Source: the human T2T-CHM13v2.0 reference genome, Homo sapiens. From it: a stretch of 64,000 bases of DNA. Positions 54,903 to 64,000 of this stretch are shown piece by piece. The translations under genes and the position numbers were made by a program. The stretch is taken from NCBI RefSeq assembly GCF_009914755.1, contig NC_060931.1; one strand, written 5' to 3'. The first letter of the stretch is position 1. Every line of letters begins with the position of its first letter. Under the pieces are notes generated by a model. That model worked only from the letters and a program-made list of their open reading frames with translations. It was not told the DNA's origin and made no database searches.

Positions 54903-55062
54903 TACTGTTAACGGTGTTCCTTTATAAAACAGCTTAAAACTATGCTATATACTTTTGTATGTATTCTTTAACTTTACTCATAAACTTCTCAGGAAGTAAG
55001 TATGGCAGGTTTATTATTTCCATTTCATCAATGAGAACGGTGCTTCTCCTCAGGTCATATAA

Positions 55063-55405
55063 TGTCTTTGTCTGCGCTTCCGTGACAAAATACCCGAGAT
55101 TGGGTAATTCATAAATAATAGAATTTTATTTCTCACAGTTCTGGAGGCTGGGAAGTCCATGATTAAGGCACTGGCAGATTCAGTGTCTGGTGAGGGCCTG
55201 GTCTCTGCTTCCAAAATGGTGCCTTAAGTGGTGCATCCTCACAGGGCAGAAAGGACAGAGCAAATCGGGCAAATGCCCAGCACCCCTTTCATTAGATCAC
55301 GTTGCCCTCATGACAGTCACCTCCTAAAGGCCTCACCTCTTAATATTGTCACATGGGCAATTAAGTTTCAAGACATGAATTGTAGGGGCCGTTCAGGCCA
55401 TGGCA
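55063..55405 (-). mobile_element. MaLR solo LTR (MSTC/D-like)
   Basis: aattttatttctcacagttctggaggctgggaagtcc...ggcagattcagtgtctggtgagggcc. Confidence 0.8.
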
Positions 55406-56692
55406 TATGGTGACTTGGCAGTGGAAGCAAAGGTAGATGTCTGGGCTCTTTAGATTGAGTGAGTGAGTGCTTACTGTTTTGAGTGCCAAGTAAGAAGGAT
55501 AAATGATCATGTGTTTGCATAAGGCACTTATGTGTGATTTTAAACATATATGAAGAGAAATAGCAACTTTTAAATAGTTGGATCATTTTGGTTTAATATT
55601 GAAAATTACCTTGCTTACCTGGTAAAAGGACAGTGTTTATGTATTTGACTTAGGAAATTCTGAAGGGGAAATTGAAAGTCTGGAATTATTTTTTTAAATC
55701 CGACTAATGTGGTCTACCCTGTACAGTAAAAATGGATGGCTGAAATTTCTTTTGTGACAGAGGTGGTATATTGATGAAATATGAAAACTCCATAGGACCT
55801 CTTTATATTTTTGTAACCGTCTTTTCAGTATCACTCCACAACTGCCTCAAAACCATAACACAGCATTAGGCAGTAGCTTCTTATGAACACGGAGCAATTC
55901 TTTTCGTGTCTGTGTATCTAGCTCCTGCCAGAAAGATTGCTTAATACCGTGCTGTTTAAAAGCAGAATTTTAATCTCAGAAGGAAAGGGAAGAGAGGTCA
56001 TAGGTGAAATGGGACGAGAGGACTGCCTGCTCACCCTTCATATCCTGCCTGTCAGCTGCACCTGACACTACCAAATAATTTTTTAGCCTTTTGCAGCTCA
56101 GTTCTCCACAACTCCCTTACTGTTCTCCTGTGCATCCAGAGTAAGCTGCCTCTCTCCATGAGGAGTGAGTGCGTGTGAATCTAAGATACTGAAAGCACCA
56201 TGAGTGAGCAAGGGAGTCACAATGTGTTGGTGCTAGACCCACATCTACCCATGAAGTATGAATCTGGGCACTTTACTCTTGGTCTTGTATTCTTCATCTG
56301 TGAAATGATTAGACTGATATCAAGTGATTTTATAGTAAAAAAAATATGATTCTGTGACTTTCATGTTAGCTGTTTGTACTCTGGTTTTGTAAACTTAGTC
56401 CATTGTAAGGCTTAATAGGCTCAAGTACTCAGATGTGATATTTAGTGCCTGTGCTGGCACTTGAAATGGTCTTACTCGCATACCTAAAAATGGGTATAAG
56501 CATACTAAAATTTTAAAATATTGCACTTATCAAAGAGTAAACCTACTTTTATACACGAACACGCACATTACTATTGATGATATTTCTTTTAACCATTTGC
56601 TAAGTTCACATTTTAGTTTAAAAAGTGTTAAACTCATTTGACATGTCATCAGCCTCTGAATTAAAGGTATTTTCCCCATTCTTGCCTTGTAG

Positions 56693-56854
56693 GGGATTTT
56701 ATTTGCTTCTCCTGAGTGTTTAAAAGGTCCACTTGATTTAATACATCTGTGGCTTCATGAATCTGCCCGTGTTTATGGAGACAAACTGATAGACAAAAAA
56801 GATTGTGATTTGTTTCAGAGAAGAATGCTGGAAACTGCTTATAAATATTTTGAA
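56693..56854 (+). CDS. DNAH11: DNAH11 exon (~50): [54 protein letters not shown]
   Basis: ttgtag|GGG ... GAA|gtaagc. 162 nt. LWLHE..RVY.DKL motif. Confidence 0.96.
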
Positions 56855-57124
56855 GTAAGCGTATGAATGTCAGAGGTCACTACTTACTCCAACACCAACT
56901 GGGTATTGGGACTAAAGTTAGATGAGGGTATGAGAGAAGTGCACAAGGGCTTACCTTTTTGCAATGGCTGTGAATCCAGAATACACTTGGTCTATGCTTG
57001 GGAACATTCCACCCACCTACCCATGTGTGGGTCTGCAAGCTTTTCCCTTGCTAGGCCATGCTGCCTGCAGCTGGACCTCTATGGATGGTTGACATGCCAT
57101 ATTTTTCTCTTTCTCATCCTGCAG

Positions 57125-57318
57125 GGTATAGATAGTCACATGCTGCTTCAACAGCCCCTCATTTATTGCCACTTTGCTGATAGAGGGAAGGACCCACATT
57201 ACATGCCAGTGAAGGACTGGGAAGTGCTGAAGACGATTCTTACAGAAACGTTAGACAACTACAATGAACTAAATGCTGCCATGCACCTAGTTTTGTTTGA
57301 AGATGCCATGCAACATGT
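57125..57318 (+). CDS. DNAH11: DNAH11 exon (~51): [32 protein letters not shown]...[12 protein letters not shown](V)
   Basis: ctgcag|GGT ... GT|gtgagt. 194 nt. LVLFEDA motif. Confidence 0.96.
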
Positions 57319-57839
57319 GTGAGTTAACTAGTCACGATGCTTTTCCACAAAAGGAAGAATGGCTGGATATCCACTACTGTCATTTTTCAATAGATCATAC
57401 TAAGCACTCTGAACCATCAGTTCTTATCTGCTGTTTGACATATAATTTTAAAATATAAAAGGGTCGCTTTTTAATGTCACAATCTTAATAATGTCTTACA
57501 TAGGCACACTGTTTTCCGAGATGCCATCATATCCATTATTTTACTTGAATATTAAGAAAGTGGAAACATAAATTACTTGTTCAAAGTCACATAGTTCATA
57601 AGGGACAAAGGACTAATTTTCATTGATTAAGCAGGTTTTGTTGAGTGCCAGATAGGAACATTGCCAGCCTTTCAGCAATTTTGTGCAAATTCTTTAAAAT
57701 GGGGGAGGGCTCATGCTTTCTTGGCAGAAAATTAGAAAAAGGCATCTGTCCTTGGATAGAGCATGGCTGACAAGGTTCTCGCTCACCTCCTAGACCTGGT
57801 ACCTCATGTAGTGCACAGACTGTGCAACCATCTGCAGCC

Positions 57840-58420
57840 CTCCTATGGGACATTGTTCTAGGTGCTGAGATACAGCAGCAGTGAACACAATCCAGTCCCC
57901 TCTGTAGTTGAGCTTACATGTTAGCGACGAAAATGGACATTTATAAGGACATGAACAACTAAACAAGAGAATAAGCAAGAAAAATATCAGAAAGTGATGT
58001 GTCATGCCAAGAAGGAAAATAGGTTGATTCTGTGAGAAATACAATAAGTGAATTTCCAAAGAGGGACTGGGCATCCCTGTGAAGAGGTGACATTTAAAGC
58101 GAGACCTGAATGATAAGTAGGTGCTAAGCATGGAAAGATCTGGAGGAAGAACATTCTAGACAGAGAGCAGATTGCATCTGACCCTAAGGCAAGAATGTTT
58201 GAGATACAGAAAAGAAGATCAGTTAGGCTGCAGCATAGAGAAAAATATAACAAAAATGGAGAGGCAGGAACTGGCCTTACCAATACGAAGTATTTCCTTG
58301 TAACCAGAATAAGGAACTTTGATTTTATTCTAAGTGCAGTGAGAAGTGGTTGGATGGGTTTTACCCTGGGGATGACACAGTTCATTGTGTCTGGGCTAAA
58401 CAGCTTAACATTGCCACTGC
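57840..58420. mobile_element. L2 fragment
   Basis: tgttctaggtgctgagatacagcagcagtgaaca...gaagaggtgacatttaaagcgagacctgaatga. Confidence 0.7.
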
Positions 58421-58512
58421 TGTGTAGAAAGTTGATCACATGTTTACATCCGATACTGCTCTCCTAGTCCAAGTCACCTTCATCTGTCATTGACACCAGC
58501 AGGAAGACTTCA

Positions 58513-58870
<358 letters not shown>

Positions 58871-60429
58871 ACAAGAAGAAGGAAAAATCCAGAGAAAATA
58901 AGATGTGGAGAATTCAGTTTTTAGAAGAATTAATCTTTAAAATTTTCTTAGGCCCTAGAACCTACAAAAATTGTAGAGCCCTTCCTGTCACCACAACTAA
59001 CTGTTGGTAGTTTTATTGATCCCTTTGCAGTTGTGATCCTTCCTCTGATTGTGCAAAGGAAGTTTCAGTTGGAATCTAAAACCATGGTGTTAAATCAACT
59101 ATTAGTAATGCTGTCTCGGGTTGGGTTAATATACAGTCATTGTGTATGGGCGTCCTGGCTCAGGTGAAACAGAAACCTCCCATTGATACTGAGGAAAAGA
59201 GTTTTCCCATATAATCCCTCAATACAGAATTTTCAGTGGCCTAAAAGGTAAGGCTGTTTCTTTGATCAGGGATTATGAGCTAGAAGCTGATTTACTCAGC
59301 ATTAGAGGTGATTTCAGAGCGTGTCCTTGAGTGTTATAGAAAGGGACTTTGCCACTTAGTGAATCTTGTGAGGTTAAAAGCCTCAAAGCATACATTAAAA
59401 TGAAATGAAAACCCTGTTTTATAGCTTGGGGTATCTCTCATGTCAGAGTAATTTTATAGCTTTCCCCAAGGTTGTTTTGTTGTGTGGTCATGTGAAGTAA
59501 AATTTAATGTGATGACTGAGCTTGTAAAAATAACCTATCTTCTCTGTTACTGGAGGTTTTCAGAAAATGTTCACATGTGCTGGTCCTAATATAAGTGATC
59601 CCAACTTAGTTTTTTCAAAAAGCACTATTTAAAACAATTTATGCAGTTTGTTCAGGTTCTGAAGTTTAAGTTCATTTCAGAAAAGCACCCTAGAGCAAAA
59701 TGATGGCATCAAATTTGGGGTGTTTTACTATCTACATGCCTATATTTTGTTTTGTTGGTTTTCTTAATATTTATAACATAATTATGAACTATTTCTTCAA
59801 ACCCATCTTTTGCTAAAGTTAAAGCGAGTTTATTTATAGCTGTAAAATATAGCATAATATAAATAGATTAAGCATTCAGAATGCCTTGGATATTATAGAA
59901 CAAGGGATTAGTTGGCCTTGGTGGAAATTTAACTTTGTGTTACTGAATGGCTTCAGCAAATTATTCTACAATGGTGTAGTTACAAGGGAAGGCTTTAGTG
60001 TGAAGGAAGCAAGAATCACATTAAGAAACAAGTGCTTGATTTGCTGAGTAAATCACACAGAGAGATCTGTTGGTCTAAACAAATCCATTCTTTCCAAAAT
60101 AATTCTACAGCAAAGATTTCTGGCACAAGGCTATTCCCCCTTTGATGTCCTCATACTTGGGTGCTGATGTGGAATTCGGATCTTTCTTGCTAATCAAAAT
60201 ATTTTGAAGCCCTTAACACAAGGCCTTTGCATATATTTTCTTTTTGGACTTTTGGTGGTGACAACAAAGCTCTAAGAGAATCCAAAGTGTTATTAGCAGA
60301 GGATGATTTGTCTTGGGAGCAGTTCAAGGGTTAGGGTGAAGATAGCGTCTTTGTTTGATGGGGAAACAAATGAACAAGGACTAGAGGTTTCCAGTAAAAA
60401 CTGGAATTTAGTCTCTCACTATTTATCTA

Positions 60430-60763
<334 letters not shown>

Positions 60764-60829
60764 AACAGAACAGACATAGTCCCGGGGCATTTTCGATTTT
60801 GTGCCATAATGGGCGCTTCCTTTCCTCAG

Positions 60830-60992
60830 GTGTCGCATCAGCCGGATCTTACGAACCCCTCAGGGCTGTGCTCTCTTGGTTGGAGTTGGGGGCAGTGGCA
60901 AGCAGAGCTTGTCCAGGCTGGCAGCTTACCTTCGTGGCCTTGAGGTCTTTCAGATCACTCTGACCGAGGGCTATGGAATCCAGGAACTTCGG
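60830..60992 (+). CDS. DNAH11: DNAH11 exon (~52), AAA4 Walker A: [34 protein letters not shown]...YGIQELR
   Basis: cctcag|G ... CGG|gtgagt. 163 nt. [12 protein letters not shown]. Confidence 0.96.
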
Positions 60993-61927
60993 GTGAGTCA
61001 AGGGGACAGGCAGTTCTTCTGACCCTTCTGCTTGGCAGATAAAGCCGAGGCTCCTAGTGCGCCCGTGTGGGCTGTGACTCCCAGATTTGGCCAAGGCCTC
61101 CCCAACCACGGGAGAGCGGGAGCTCTTTAAAGCAGTAATTGACCTTTGGCGGTTTTGCCTTTATGGTCAAATTAGTAATAATAAATTTCTACAAGTTTTG
61201 TGTAGGTTTAATAACATGTAAACCTGGCTCAGAAAATATTTACTTAAACACTTGCTTACACAAATGTCTTTCTGTTTTCTATTAATCAAACCTGATGCGT
61301 ATTGCTGTTAGTGTTCCTGTATGATAGGTTGGGGAAAAAAGACACTAACTTCACAAGTAAAAATAGATTTCTTCCACATTGGATAAGAACAGGAGAAGAA
61401 GATGCAAGAGGAATAACACGTTTAGGAAACTCTCGTGTGTTTTTCAAGCTTTGCTTTTTAATAACAATAGTACTTACAAAATAGTACCTACAATTTGTGC
61501 CAAGTGATATTTTAAGTTTTAAAAAATCACATATTTTTAATATTACTAATGAAGTAAACCCGTTTTCGAAAAAATAGGACAGTTGTTAAAATGAGCAGGC
61601 TTCTTTTTACGGCCCTGCCTGAAAAAGGCGTCGCTGAATTCACTTGTACACAGTGAGGAGGGAGTTGGTGATCTGTAGCCTGTTTTCATCCCTCTGCTCC
61701 AGTAAGCCAGAAACACGACACTCAACCTTACGAGTCAGCAATGGAGGTGGTGTCACAGTGCTGTCCCCTAGAATGGGGTCTCTCAGAGAAGGAATATGTA
61801 AACCAGGGAAAGGCACCCCACAGTGCTATGGCGATACAGTTACTGAGTTCTCCCCAGCACTCACACACAACCTCTCAACGCCGCATCAGCATTTTAACAA
61901 AACATGAGTGATGGCCTTTCCTTACAG

Positions 61928-62051
61928 GTAGATCTTGCCAATTTGTACATCCGAACTGGAGCCAAGAACATGCCCACTGTGTTCCTGCTGACAGATGCCC
62001 AGGTTCTAGATGAGAGCTTCCTCGTGCTGATTAATGACTTGCTGGCATCAG
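61928..62051 (+). CDS. DNAH11: DNAH11 exon (~53): [41 protein letters not shown](G)
   Basis: cttacag|GTA ... TCAG|gtgatt. 124 nt. Confidence 0.96.
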
Positions 62052-62471
62052 GTGATTAAACCAACACATTTCTCGAAAGATCTTCCCCAATGACAAATTA
62101 TCTGTAGTTTCAGTGAACTTTAAAGAGAGAGAATTCGTCTTTGAGATGTTTGCTGGGCAGTCTTTGGGGAGAAACCTATAAACCTAACTAATTTGAGGTG
62201 TATTGCTTTCTTAGTCTGTTTATGGATGAGAAGGCCTTCAGTGAAGTAAATGTTATTCTTACACGTACGGGTGTAGAGGGTGTGTTCACCATGGCTCGTC
62301 TTCAACGTGTTGTATGTCTCGTAAATAAAAAAGAAACATGACGTTTCTGATTTTAAACTCTTACCATTTATGCTGAACTTTGTCTTGTAAAACATTTCAA
62401 ACGTTTAAAAGTTATATGTAAAATTTAAATTGCAATGATCTTTTAGTAATTCTACTCATTCTTTGGGGCAG

Positions 62472-62614
62472 GAGAAATCCCAGATCTGTTCAGCGATGAA
62501 GATGTGGACAAGATAATTTCTGGAATTCATAATGAAGTTCATGCTCTGGGCATGGTAGACTCCAGGGAAAACTGTTGGAAATTCTTTATGGCCAGGGTGC
62601 GACTACAGCTCAAA
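62472..62614 (+). CDS. DNAH11: DNAH11 exon (~54): (G)[47 protein letters not shown]
   Basis: ctttggggcag|GA ... AAA|gtaaga. 143 nt. Completes LLASGEIPDLF. Confidence 0.95.
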
Positions 62615-63291
62615 GTAAGAAATACTTGCTTAATTTGCATGTTAGTTAAAACCTGCTATTGCAACTCTCTGGTTCTATTCTGAGTTTTTTATTATGAGTT
62701 TGAATTTCAGTCATGCATTTTGAAAGGACGTGTGCATTTTTACACGCCTGTATCTGGAGCGTACCTTCCTAAAGTGTCCCATGATGCTGGGCTCCTGCAA
62801 AGCATTGCTGAGCGGTGTGTGCAGTCCTCAGCTGAAGTGCATGTGGTCTGTGCCATTGAGGAACTTACACTATTGTAGAACACAGGAGACATCACAAATA
62901 ATTATCATACAGTATAAATATAAACAGTGCTGTGGGATTGCAGAGGAGCGCAGCATCCTTCCTCACTGGAGCTGGTCATCCTGGAGGAAATGATGGGCCA
63001 CGTGTTTAGCATGGAGAAGAATTCAAGGGGAGGAACTTTCAGGGACGGGAAATGGCATTTATATAAAGGTCAACTGCACGGTACGGATTTGCAGAAACCC
63101 AGATTACCTCTAAAGGCCTGGAACATAGAGTTCTTATAGGGAGAGTGAGATCAGTAAATCTGGAAAAGTAAATTGGAAGAGATAAGAGGTTTCTAAATCA
63201 TGAAGTGAGTAGTGAGGAGAGTTTTGAATTAAGAAAGTGATGATGATGTCAGTGACTTCAGGGAAAGGAATTTAGAAGTAACACTCAGATG

Positions 63292-63611
<320 letters not shown>

Positions 63612-64000
63612 TTACCCCAGTGTTCTTCCTCATTGGCTGCTCTGTGCTATAGTGTATCACATAGGCAGATAATATAACCAGATAATAGATCAGTAAAGGT
63701 CAAGTATCACAAGAAAACAGGGAGAGCCTCCAAACTCATCAGGAAGCCAATTTAAGAATGCTGCTAGGGAAAATTCAGGCTTTCTAGTATGGAAACTAGG
63801 AAAGCTGCTACTTTACTGTTGCTTCTCATATTGTTATGCCTGTCAAGTTAGTGGCAGGCTGCGGCGGCTATAGAGCTGGAGTATTTAAGGATAGGAGACG
63901 GGTACTGGCATTGGCCCTGAATATGCCTTAGATTGGAGGTTAAGGAGCAGAGTCATTAAGTTTCTCCAACATTCTGCTATTTCAAGTTTCACGTTAATCT

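Noticed and set aside
62469-62474. NAGNAG tandem acceptor CAGGAG at exon ~54
   Set aside because: Distal GAG acceptors are rarely used, and use would delete the conserved Gly of SGEIP. There is no supporting evidence.

Overview
Human (or near-identical primate) genomic DNA lying wholly inside the axonemal dynein heavy chain gene DNAH11, transcribed on the + strand. I traced 20 consecutive internal coding exons (2907-62614). They splice into one open frame of about 996 codons, running from the C-terminal half of AAA1 through AAA2, AAA3 and most of AAA4. The P-loops are [16 protein letters not shown] and GVGGSGKQS. By recalled RefSeq cDNA numbering these are exons 35-54; this numbering is from memory and should be checked. 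The introns are filled with Alu, L1, L2/MIR, MaLR/ERVL LTRs and DNA-transposon fossils, plus a 33-bp minisatellite. Repeat subfamily names are by eye. I found no evidence for a new multi-gene system. The most notable signals are small-scale: (1) two GC-AG introns, one with a competing in-frame GT-AG pair that adds 9 residues inside AAA2; (2) an antisense processed-mRNA 3'UTR retrocopy with target-site duplication (TSD) that creates a strong cryptic acceptor; (3) a dormant 38-nt pseudoexon; (4) two Alu pairs with gene-conversion footprints; (5) an ancient L1 3' transduction reconstructed from an interrupted TSD; (6) twin-primed inverted L1s; (7) a hairpin/AGGTCA-bearing VNTR.
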